This document shows, piece by piece, positions 11,029 through 19,404 of a DNA stretch of 64,000 nucleotides. A model generated the notes under the pieces. That model worked only from the letters and a program-made list of their open reading frames with translations. It was not told where the DNA came from and did no database searches. Location: assembly GCA_016182495.1 (NCBI GenBank), contig JACPGK010000022.1, positions 11,092-75,091 on the forward strand, in the 5' to 3' direction. Made by a program: the position numbers and the translations under genes. Source of the stretch: Candidatus Kerfeldbacteria bacterium. GTDB lineage: Bacteria > Patescibacteriota > Patescibacteriia > UBA9570. Positions within the stretch are counted from its first letter, which is position 1. Every line of letters begins with the position of its first letter.

Positions 11029-12171
11029 ATGGAGAACGTAAAATTAGGAAAATTCGTCAATCAACCTACCGGTTATAAGGCCTTTATTCCTGCAAAGTTT
11101 CCTCCAAGCCAGGCAATTCCTTTTACTGTATTAACGGCCCGGCTTGACGCTAAGGCGACATTAGCCGTTGGCAAGCTTGATGGCATTACCCAACTTTTAC
11201 CAGATCTGGACTTTTTCATCTTCATGTATGTGCGTAAGGAAGCAGCACTGTCGAGTGAGATTGAAGGAACCAAGGCAACGATGAGCGACTCCATCCGGGC
11301 CGAGATTGAAATGACAAAAGATATTCCAGAAGATGTGGATCGAATTTTGCATTATATTAAAGCAATGAACTATGGGTTGAAACGCCTGGAGACATTGCCG
11401 TTGTCACTACGATTGATTCGAGAAGTACATAAAACCTTATTGGCAGGAACTGGTGATGCCCCGGGCAAAACACCAGGTGAGTTTCGTCGTTCGCAAAATT
11501 GGATTGGAGGCGCTTCACCGCAAACTGCCCGTTTTGTGCCACCACCGGTTTCAGAGATGGATCAGGCGTTATATGATCTTGAGAAATTTATGCATGACAC
11601 CAGCGATTTGTCTCCGCTCATCAAGACCGCTCTGTTGCACGCTCAGTTTGAAACAATCCACCCATTTTTAGATGGTAACGGACGCACTGGTCGTCTGTTA
11701 GTTACTTTCTATCTCTGCCAGCAAGGTATTTTGGAGCGACCTACTCTTTATCTCTCGGAGTTTTTCAAACGACACCGACAGCTCTACTTTGATTTGCTAG
11801 AGGGCTATCATCATCGTAATGAGATTGTGCCTTGGGTGAACTTTTTTCTTGAGGGTATTGCAGATGTGGCAGCCAAGGCAGTTGAGACTTCGAAAAAGAT
11901 TAACGTGTTACGCGAGACGGATATGGCAAAAATTCATACCCTCGGTGGCCGACGGTCTAAAACTGGTATGGCAGTCTTGAGGAATCTTTACAAGCTTCCC
12001 ATCGTGAATGTGAGTAAGATAGGGGAATGGACAGGGCTTAGTCGTCAAGGCGCTAATACACTCACCGCCGAGTTGGTAAAGATTAGCATTCTTGAACAGC
12101 GTAATCGTAAAACAACATATGGTCGGGATTTTGAATACCGCAACTATCTTCGTTTATTCACTAAAGAGTGA
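11029..12171 (+). CDS. Fic-family protein (class II) with C-terminal HTH
   Basis: HPFLDGNGRTGR active site, SSEIEG inhibitory motif; ATG at 11029 preferred to TTG at 11020. Confidence 0.92.
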   Translation: MENVKLGKFVNQPTGYKAFIPAKFPPSQAIPFTVLTARLDAKATLAVGKLDGITQLLPDLDFFIFMYVRKEAALSSEIEGTKATMSDSIRAEIEMTKDIPEDVDRILHYIKAMNYGLKRLETLPLSLRLIREVHKTLLAGTGDAPGKTPGEFRRSQNWIGGASPQTARFVPPPVSEMDQALYDLEKFMHDTSDLSPLIKTALLHAQFETIHPFLDGNGRTGRLLVTFYLCQQGILERPTLYLSEFFKRHRQLYFDLLEGYHHRNEIVPWVNFFLEGIADVAAKAVETSKKINVLRETDMAKIHTLGGRRSKTGMAVLRNLYKLPIVNVSKIGEWTGLSRQGANTLTAELVKISILEQRNRKTTYGRDFEYRNYLRLFTKE

Positions 12172-12197
12172 TTATGAAACTAGAAATGAAATTAGAC

Positions 12198-12275
12198 ATT
12201 AAAATAACACTACAGTATTACTATAGCCTCCCACTTGGTAATGTCGGCCATATCAAAAAATGCCATGGTCAATAG
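12198..12275 (+). repeat. secA-tail repeat copy 1 (split by ~41 bp)
   Basis: ATTAAAATAACACT...TCAAAAAATGCCATGGTCAATAG; encodes K-K-C-H-G-Q-stop. Confidence 0.8.
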
Positions 12276-12343
12276 GACTAGTCTGATTCAAGGTTGACAT
12301 TTGTCTAAAAATCGTCTAATATACGTCTATACAGTATAGATTT

Positions 12344-13369
12344 ATGTTTGAACCAAAATACACAATAACGAATAAATTACTCGCCAATGTTAAAAAAATT
12401 GGTCAGTTAGTAAGTAGTTTAAATGAGCGGCGCTTTCCGCAAGTGGTGTTATTTGAAATGGAGCGCATCGCTCGAGAAGTTTCAGCTCATGCTTCAACCA
12501 GCATTGAAGGGAATCCGCTCCCACTCACTGATGTGAAGCGCTTACTGAAACAAACGCCTGCACATATCCGTGATACCGAACGAGAAGTATTGAATTACAA
12601 TGAAGCTTTATTGGAGCTGAAAAAACAAGTTGATGCTGGGGTACAGACCTTACAAGAAAAACAAATACTTTCCATCCACGGCATGGTGACGAAGGAGTTG
12701 TTGCCGGTGAGTACGTCTGGGGCATTAAGGACTGAACCTGTGTTTGTGAATGATCCAAAAACACGGCAAACTATTTTCTGGCCGCCTGATCATACTGACG
12801 TACCAAAATTACTAAATGATTTATTGGAATTCGTAAACACACAACATGGTACTGTTGACCCCTTGCTATTAGCTGGAGTTTTTCATAAACAATTTGTTCT
12901 GATTCATCCGTTTATAGATGGCAATGGTCGCACTGTACGCTTAGCCACTAAACTACTTCTAGCTGGATTAGGATTAGATACATTTCATTTATTCAGCTTT
13001 GAACGATACTACAATGCCAATGTCACCAAGTACTTTACCATCGTTGGAGAACGTGGTAGTTATTATGATCTCAAGGTAGACTCTACTGTATGGTTGGAAT
13101 ACTTTACCGATGGTATTATCGATGAACTGATTCGAGTTAAAACTGAATTAGAAAAATCAATTGCAGCACCAGCTTCAGGATTAAAAGCACATCATCGCTT
13201 AATCTTGGATTACTTACGGGAACATGGTTCAATGAATGATGCTATCTACGCTACTCTAGTGAAAAGAGCTAAACCAACCCGGGCTTTAGATTGGCGCTAC
13301 TTGCTTATTAGTGGTTTAATTGAACGACAAAACCAGGGCAAGTCTACTTATTATCGTTTAAAGCAATAA
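12344..13369 (+). CDS. Fic-family protein (class II) with C-terminal wHTH
   Basis: HPFIDGNGRTVR, STSIEGN, C-terminal LIERQNQGKSTYY. Confidence 0.92.
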   Translation: MFEPKYTITNKLLANVKKIGQLVSSLNERRFPQVVLFEMERIAREVSAHASTSIEGNPLPLTDVKRLLKQTPAHIRDTEREVLNYNEALLELKKQVDAGVQTLQEKQILSIHGMVTKELLPVSTSGALRTEPVFVNDPKTRQTIFWPPDHTDVPKLLNDLLEFVNTQHGTVDPLLLAGVFHKQFVLIHPFIDGNGRTVRLATKLLLAGLGLDTFHLFSFERYYNANVTKYFTIVGERGSYYDLKVDSTVWLEYFTDGIIDELIRVKTELEKSIAAPASGLKAHHRLILDYLREHGSMNDAIYATLVKRAKPTRALDWRYLLISGLIERQNQGKSTYYRLKQ

Positions 13370-13379
13370 TTTTAATCCC

Positions 13380-13416
13380 ATTAAGATAACACTTCAAACG
13401 TTGCCATGGTCAGTAA
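13380..13416 (+). repeat. secA-tail repeat copy 2
   Basis: ATTAAGATAACAC TTCAAACGTTGCCATGGTCAGTAA (F-K-R-C-H-G-Q-stop). Confidence 0.95.
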
Positions 13417-13478
13417 ATTTATCGATTAAGTCAATTACACCTACAGGTCGCTGTTAGGAAAAAACCAAAAGTAGACTT

Positions 13479-13920
13479 TTAGAAATTTAGCTTTAAATCG
13501 CTGTGCTTTACTAATTGTGTGGCTACGAGTTTATCCTTAAACCAAATTCTGACCTCGGCCAGCCCAGGTTGCGTATTTGGCACAACTCTTAAATCAACGG
13601 CGTGTCGTTGTGGTACGCCGGACACGGTAATTTCCAGATTATGAAAGGATATTTTTCGGTAGTTGTCGACGACGCGTTGGTCGCGCAAGGCAAAGATATC
13701 CTTACTCGATTTAAATGGTGGCTTAATGGTAAATGGTCTAAACAATGTCTGTCCGGTATGGATAGCCTGGTCTAATCTGACCCTGGGAATTTGTTTGGTA
13801 GTGGAATGTACCCAAACATTGTTGTATTGGTAAACCAGTTCTTTTAAGACCTTTCTTACTTCTTCTGGTTCAGTAATCTGTTCTTTACAGTATAATGACG
13901 ATGCGATCTTGTAGCCACTG
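13479..13920 (-). pseudogene. C-terminal remnant of an rve/DDE transposase (IS481/ISNCY-like), frameshifted
   Basis: Manual translation QWLQDRIV / CKEQITEPEEVRKVLKELVYQYNNVWVHSTTKQIP continuing into the 88-aa ORF. Confidence 0.6.
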
Positions 13921-13924
13921 GTAG

Positions 13925-14068
13925 GATCCTAGTCAGTTCAACGACCAGTTGATGGATTATCTAGTGTGGTACAATACCGAACGACCGCACTGGAGTCTAC
14001 AACTCCAGTCGCCGATCCAGTTTCTACTTAAACAGCATCCGGAGTGCAGTATGTGGTGGCCTCATACA
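13925..14068 (+). pseudogene. C-terminal remnant of an IS481-family transposase ending in ACA
   Basis: Translation DPSQFNDQLMDYLVWYNTERPHWSLQLQSPIQF...CSMWWPHT; YN-x2-RPH-x-SL-x3-SP motif; terminal ACA. Confidence 0.7.
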
Positions 14069-14108
14069 AAAGTTTGCTTTTTAGCTTCATTAATGCTAGG
14101 GTTTATTT

Positions 14109-14438
14109 ATGAAGTTTAAGAATACTCTACAAAAAGGATCGGTTAGGTATGTCGTCTTTAAAGAAGGTGAGGATTGGTATGCTGTTGGTTTAGAGTTTAA
14201 TATTATTGAAAGTGGCACCACTCCTCAGGAAGCCCTTTTATTACTTTTTGAAGCCTTGCAGGGTTATGTTGAGACGGCTCAAAAAATTAAGGCTCGTCCT
14301 GCTGTTCTGAACCAAAGAGTTGATTCTGAGTATGAAAGAATGTTCGCCCCCTCTAGAGTTGTAAAAGATCAAAAAAGAGAGATTTTTACCATCGGTGAAT
14401 TTTCTTTGTCTACTGTTAAAGCACTTGCATTCGTTTAG
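14109..14438 (+). CDS. HicB-like antitoxin
   Basis: VFKEGEDWYAVGLEFNIIESGTTPQEA, HicB-type fold; paired with HicA. Confidence 0.7.
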   Translation: MKFKNTLQKGSVRYVVFKEGEDWYAVGLEFNIIESGTTPQEALLLLFEALQGYVETAQKIKARPAVLNQRVDSEYERMFAPSRVVKDQKREIFTIGEFSLSTVKALAFV

Positions 14439-14441
14439 GCT

Positions 14442-14672
14442 ATGTCACGAGGACTCTTCAATTGGACCGCGGAAGAGGTTGTTCGTTTTTTAAGGGATCA
14501 TAACTTCACTCCTCATCATTCGCGAGGAAGTCATATGTATTATGTTGGCCATGCTGCGGGTTCTTTTCGTATGGTATGTGTGCCATTTCATGGTAGTAGG
14601 GCTATCAAACCGAGAACGCTTAAAGGTATTATTAGTCAATCTGGGATTTCAAAAGATGTATGGCTAGACTAG
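14442..14672 (+). CDS. hicA: HicA-family toxin
   Basis: RGSH motif, VPFHG, TLKGIISQSG. Confidence 0.88.
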   Translation: MSRGLFNWTAEEVVRFLRDHNFTPHHSRGSHMYYVGHAAGSFRMVCVPFHGSRAIKPRTLKGIISQSGISKDVWLD

Positions 14673-14687
14673 TATTAAATAGTTCCT

Positions 14688-14724
14688 ATTAAGATAACAC
14701 TTCAAACGTTGCCATGGTCAGTAA
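14688..14724 (+). repeat. secA-tail repeat copy 3
   Basis: 37/37 identical to copy 2. Confidence 0.95.
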
Positions 14725-14789
14725 TTCATCAGTGAGGTTTGCGCGATTCTTGCGCGATTGGGTATTTTGATCTATACTGATGGTACATT

Positions 14790-15848
14790 ATGTTTCATCC
14801 TGAATATCAATTAACTAATAAAGTTGTAGACTTGCTCACTACTATTGCTGAAGGTCGAGCAGTGATTCAACGTGCTAGACTTCTTCCCAAACAGGAGTTT
14901 AAGCTGCGTCGTCAGGCATTGGTTCGTATGACACATAGTTCAACAGCGATCGAAGGGAATAGATTAAATGTGCGTGAAGTCGAGGCATTGGTAAACAATC
15001 AGAAGGTCGATGCACCAGCGCGTGATGTGTATGAAGTAGAGAACTATCTCAAGGCTTTAAAATACATCGAGCAAGTTATCAAAGAAAAAAAGATAGTGAC
15101 CAAAAATGTTATTCTAAAAATCCATCGCCTGGTCACAACCAAAACATTATCCACTGAATCATCAGGCCGGTATAGAAAAAACATGGTCTATGTCGTCAGA
15201 CGGCATGCCGGCGGTAAGCAAGAGGTCATGTATACAGCTCCAGCAGCCACTCAGGTACCAGGTTTAATGGATGATCTGATTCATTGGGTTCAACGTAGCG
15301 CCAGCCAGGAAATTAATCCGGTAATTGTGGCAGGGATTGTCCATCAAGAAATAGCCGCCATCCATCCCTTTGCTGATGGTAATGGTCGCACTGTTCGAGC
15401 CTTGGCAACCCTAGTGCTCTATCAACGCGGTTACGATTTTCGACGTTTGTTTGCATTGGAAGATTATTATAACAATGACCGGCCGGCTTATTATGCGGCT
15501 ATTAATATTGGAAAAGATTATGTCACTCGGCGTAAAGATTTTACTCCATGGCTTGAATATTTTGTAAATGGGTTTAAAGAAGAAATTGATCAAGTGAGAC
15601 ATCAGGTCGTCAGTTTGTCCTTCAAAAAAATTGATACTGATATTAACTCACAAGTTTTTCTTGATAAAGATCAAGTGGCTATTCTAGATTTTCTTGAATC
15701 GCTTGGTAGAATCACAGTAGGCGATGTAGTGGATATTGTACATTGTCCAAAACGTACCGCTCAATTACAGTTAAAAAAACTGAAGCAGCTCAAACTGATT
15801 GTTGCCAAAGGCAAAGCTCGAGCAACATACTACATCCGTAAGCAGTAG
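14790..15848 (+). CDS. Fic-family protein (class II) with C-terminal wHTH
   Basis: HPFADGNGRTVR, STAIEGN, C-terminal KRTAQLQLKKL...GKARATYY. Confidence 0.92.
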   Translation: MFHPEYQLTNKVVDLLTTIAEGRAVIQRARLLPKQEFKLRRQALVRMTHSSTAIEGNRLNVREVEALVNNQKVDAPARDVYEVENYLKALKYIEQVIKEKKIVTKNVILKIHRLVTTKTLSTESSGRYRKNMVYVVRRHAGGKQEVMYTAPAATQVPGLMDDLIHWVQRSASQEINPVIVAGIVHQEIAAIHPFADGNGRTVRALATLVLYQRGYDFRRLFALEDYYNNDRPAYYAAINIGKDYVTRRKDFTPWLEYFVNGFKEEIDQVRHQVVSLSFKKIDTDINSQVFLDKDQVAILDFLESLGRITVGDVVDIVHCPKRTAQLQLKKLKQLKLIVAKGKARATYYIRKQ

Positions 15849-15851
15849 TCC

Positions 15852-15888
15852 ATTAAAATAATACTTCAAGAAGTGTCACGGGCAATAG
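15852..15888 (+). repeat. secA-tail repeat copy 4
   Basis: ATTAAAATAATAC TTCAAGAAGTGTCACGGGCAATAG (F-K-K-C-H-G-Q-stop). Confidence 0.93.
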
Positions 15889-15945
15889 ACAGATTTCAAG
15901 ACAGGTTTTGACCGCATAATGATACTCAAGTAGAATAACATTGTC

Positions 15946-18192
15946 ATGGCAAGTCAAAAAGGAAAAACCAAAGTAATAATCATCTCGTGTAGCGTGGCGT
16001 TGGGTTTTGCAGCTCTAGTTCTCATCGGCGCGTTTATTTTTGGCATAATTATAGGTTTTAAACAGAATTTAACATCAACCGAAAAGGCAGCCGTCGTTGC
16101 GAATTTACCAAGTATAGATCCCACTACGGAATTAACCACCAACAGCGCTGGCCTCACTGTGGTAAAAAACGTTTTGGAAATTATTTGGCAGAATACAGCT
16201 ACTCCCGAACAGCAAGTTATCGCGCTGGCTTCGGTTCCTGGAGCGACGGTGCGTGGACAAGTGACAGAATTTTATTTTACTGAAATCAGCGTACCAGATG
16301 GTAGTATCGCACTGGCCTTAGCCAACCTGGCTATACAGCCCGGCGTAGCGGCAGTTACGGAAGCGTATGTTGTCGAAGACAATTATGAACCACTCGATCC
16401 TGATTATCAAGATACGGCCAAAAACTGGTGGTTGAAACAAATTGAAGCTGAACCTGCCTGGGAAATTAATCAAGGCGATCCGACTATGCTGGTAGCCGTA
16501 ATTGATGCGGGATTTGAAGTAGATCATCCCGATTTAGCGAGTGTATTTAAAACCGATCTTGGCTTTAATTACAGCTTGCGTGACTGGAATGAAAAACCCG
16601 ACCATGGTACCCATGTGACTGGTATTATTGCCATGCAGCCTAATCAAGTTGGCCTGGTTGGCATTGCTCCAAATATAAAAATTGTGCCGTACAAAATTAT
16701 CACATTTGCCCAAATGGCCGATACCATTCGGATGGCCGCTAATACTGCTAACGTGCAGGTAATCTCCATGAGCCAGGGCTTTAATTGGTGGAATACCAAT
16801 CAACAACGGGCGGCTCAGGGTCTACCGGCTGTGACGACGGCTAACATGCAAACTGCGACACAAGCCGTTGATTTAATCATGCAGCCGGCGGCGGTTTACG
16901 CAAAACAAAAAGGCGTCATCTTGGTACATTCAGCCGGCAATGATGCTCAAAGTGCGGCTTATAATACTTTAAATACCACAGATGTAGTAACAGTGGCTAA
17001 TACCGATACAGTTGATGGTTTAGCGGCTTCATCTAATTTTGGGTCACCGGTGACAATTGGTGCTCCAGGCGAAGGTATTTGGAGTACAGTGGGCGGAAAT
17101 AATTGGACCTATCTATCCGGCACATCAATGGCAACACCATTAGTGGCTGGAACTATTGCCCTAATCCGTTCGGCAAATGCCCAATTATCCTTTGCTGATA
17201 TTGTGAACATTATTCAGAAAACTGGCGAACCTAGTATTTCAATAAGCTTGGATAAGCGTATCAATGCCTGGCAAGCTTTATTGGAAGTCACTCAACAGTA
17301 TGGTGTAAAGGGAATGGTGGTTAATAAAAATGGCGATCCAATTAGCGGTGCCACGGTGCAGCCAAAAGGTTTGCCGGAGTGGGGCTCGGTGAGTGACAAG
17401 TTTGGTCAATTTACCTTAGCGGCTATTCCACGAACCGGTCCTTGGGAAATTACCGGTAAGTATGGAGAAGACATTGGCACATTGATACTAACACCCCTAC
17501 CAGCTGATCAATGGGTAGCGCGCGATGTTGTTCTGACCTTAAAGAATCCTGCCGAACCGCAACTCGACGCCGTCAACTTAGGCTTTCATGGGCAAGCCAT
17601 TAGTCAATGTAGTTATCAAGATAGTGGTTTTCAACCGGGCGATGATTTTTTTGCACTGGGTTGTGATGCAACCGGCTTGTGTACGCAAACAACCAGTTTA
17701 GATATTCGTTTTGATGGTCCAATTACTTTTGCGATGCCGAGCAGTTTGGATGGCGCGTTTACCGGCGAGTTAAGTGAGTATTGGAAACAAAATTATCGTG
17801 ATGGCGAGCTTGATAATATTACCTTTAGTGGCAGCGCCACCCAGTTGGCCAAGAATGAACACATTATTCTCGATGTGATCGGCGTGCAACATACGTATAC
17901 GAAAGATATAGATATTCATGCGGTTGTTACCGGTACCATTGTTAATATCAGTAATCAGAATGATTTGCATTATAGCTATACCATTAGAGTTGATTCGTTT
18001 ATCATTGATCCATTCAAGATTAAAGTGCAAAATCCGCATTATCAAACGCAAACGGCGACATGTACATATACGTTCGATCCCAGCACCGATCCACTGTATA
18101 TCAGTCCAACTGATGGTTATTTTCATATCAGCGCTGATTATACTTTAGGTACGATCACCAATTACGATGCGTTAGAAGGTTTAGCCAATTAA
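15946..18192 (+). CDS. membrane-anchored S8 (subtilisin) serine protease with C-terminal beta domains
   Basis: N-terminal TM; triad VAVIDAG / HGTHVTG / SGTSMATP; SAGND oxyanion motif. Confidence 0.92.
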   Translation: MASQKGKTKVIIISCSVALGFAALVLIGAFIFGIIIGFKQNLTSTEKAAVVANLPSIDPTTELTTNSAGLTVVKNVLEIIWQNTATPEQQVIALASVPGATVRGQVTEFYFTEISVPDGSIALALANLAIQPGVAAVTEAYVVEDNYEPLDPDYQDTAKNWWLKQIEAEPAWEINQGDPTMLVAVIDAGFEVDHPDLASVFKTDLGFNYSLRDWNEKPDHGTHVTGIIAMQPNQVGLVGIAPNIKIVPYKIITFAQMADTIRMAANTANVQVISMSQGFNWWNTNQQRAAQGLPAVTTANMQTATQAVDLIMQPAAVYAKQKGVILVHSAGNDAQSAAYNTLNTTDVVTVANTDTVDGLAASSNFGSPVTIGAPGEGIWSTVGGNNWTYLSGTSMATPLVAGTIALIRSANAQLSFADIVNIIQKTGEPSISISLDKRINAWQALLEVTQQYGVKGMVVNKNGDPISGATVQPKGLPEWGSVSDKFGQFTLAAIPRTGPWEITGKYGEDIGTLILTPLPADQWVARDVVLTLKNPAEPQLDAVNLGFHGQAISQCSYQDSGFQPGDDFFALGCDATGLCTQTTSLDIRFDGPITFAMPSSLDGAFTGELSEYWKQNYRDGELDNITFSGSATQLAKNEHIILDVIGVQHTYTKDIDIHAVVTGTIVNISNQNDLHYSYTIRVDSFIIDPFKIKVQNPHYQTQTATCTYTFDPSTDPLYISPTDGYFHISADYTLGTITNYDALEGLAN

Positions 18193-18224
18193 GATAACAC
18201 TTCAAGAAGTGCCACGGGCAATAG
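18188..18224 (+). repeat. secA-tail repeat copy 5
   Basis: ATTAAGATAACAC TTCAAGAAGTGCCACGGGCAATAG; supplies the S8 gene stop codon. Confidence 0.95.
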
Positions 18225-18258
18225 ATTACAAATATATTTGCTATTTTAAGTATATATA

Positions 18259-19404
18259 TTGTATACTATATACGTGAATTATATAAGAACAATTTTTGAT
18301 CAACTGTACGAAAATATAGGCAAAAAACCTATCGTAGTGTTATATGGAGCGCGACAAGTTGGCAAAACTACTTTAATAAAGTCTATTCTGGCGAAATTTT
18401 CTCACACCTTATATTTACAGGGAGATGATCCCAAAGAAGCTCTTTTACTTGAACACCGGTCAGCCAAAGAATTGGCGGAGCTTGTCTCCGGATATGAATT
18501 AGTAGTAATTGACGAAGCTCAGCGAGTGAAAGATATTGGTATTTCACTCAAGCTCATGGCAGATAACGTAGAACAGATACAAGTTATTGCTACTGGATCA
18601 TCTTCTTTTGAATTAGCTAATAAATTAAATGAGCCATTAACAGGGAGAAATCGTAAATTTTATTTGTACCCACTATCCATTAAAGAAGTAGTGGCTGCGC
18701 ATGGCCAGATAGCTATCAGTAAAGAACTGGATTCTCTAGTCACATTTGGCTTGTATCCAGCTATAGTAAATGCTCCATCCAGAGCAGATAAAGCGACTTT
18801 GATTAAAGAATTAGCCGGAGATTATTTATTTAAGGATCTATTTTTATTTGGAGATATACGCAACTCATTTGCCTTTGAAAAATTAGTAAAACTACTCGCC
18901 TTGCGCATAGGGAGTCAAATATCATATTCAGAACTGGCCAAAGAAGTTGGTATCAGTAGAGATACTATTTACAATTATATAAATCTACTTGAACAAGCGT
19001 TTATTATTTTTCGTTTAACGCCACTGTATACTAATAAAACCAAAGAGATTAATAAAAGTCACAAAATATATTTTTATGATGTCGGTATACGAAATGCCCT
19101 GATCGGTAACACTGACCCAATCGATCTGCGACCAGATAAAGGGGCAATATTTGAGAATTTTTTTATTGCCGAAAAAATAAAAGAGCGGGCTTATAATATG
19201 CGTTCAAGCGATATTCATTTTTGGAGAAATAGACAAGGATCCGAAATAGATTTTGTTGAATCAAGTAATGCGCACAAGGAAATTTTTGCTTATGAATGTA
19301 AATGGAAAGAAACTATCACTGTACCCAAAGCCTTCAAAGCAGCTTATCCGCAGAGTCAGTTTGAATGTATCACCACTGAAAATATCGTTAAGCATTTTGT
19401 ATGA
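18259..19404 (+). CDS. AAA_14 ATPase with DUF4143 / PD-(D/E)xK C-terminus
   Basis: GARQVGKTT, IDEAQ, TGSSS, EPLTGR, KIYFYDVG, EIDFV...YECK; start may be GTG 18274. Confidence 0.88.
   Translation: MYTIYVNYIRTIFDQLYENIGKKPIVVLYGARQVGKTTLIKSILAKFSHTLYLQGDDPKEALLLEHRSAKELAELVSGYELVVIDEAQRVKDIGISLKLMADNVEQIQVIATGSSSFELANKLNEPLTGRNRKFYLYPLSIKEVVAAHGQIAISKELDSLVTFGLYPAIVNAPSRADKATLIKELAGDYLFKDLFLFGDIRNSFAFEKLVKLLALRIGSQISYSELAKEVGISRDTIYNYINLLEQAFIIFRLTPLYTNKTKEINKSHKIYFYDVGIRNALIGNTDPIDLRPDKGAIFENFFIAEKIKERAYNMRSSDIHFWRNRQGSEIDFVESSNAHKEIFAYECKWKETITVPKAFKAAYPQSQFECITTENIVKHFV

Noticed and set aside
13378-13416. Repeat as a complete dif/pdif site
   Set aside because: Only a XerD-like arm; no inverted XerC arm across a 6-bp spacer; all copies in direct orientation
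13380-18224. 37-bp repeats as a CRISPR array
   Set aside because: Spacing is 1.1-2.3 kb with whole genes between, no cas genes, and variation follows codon structure
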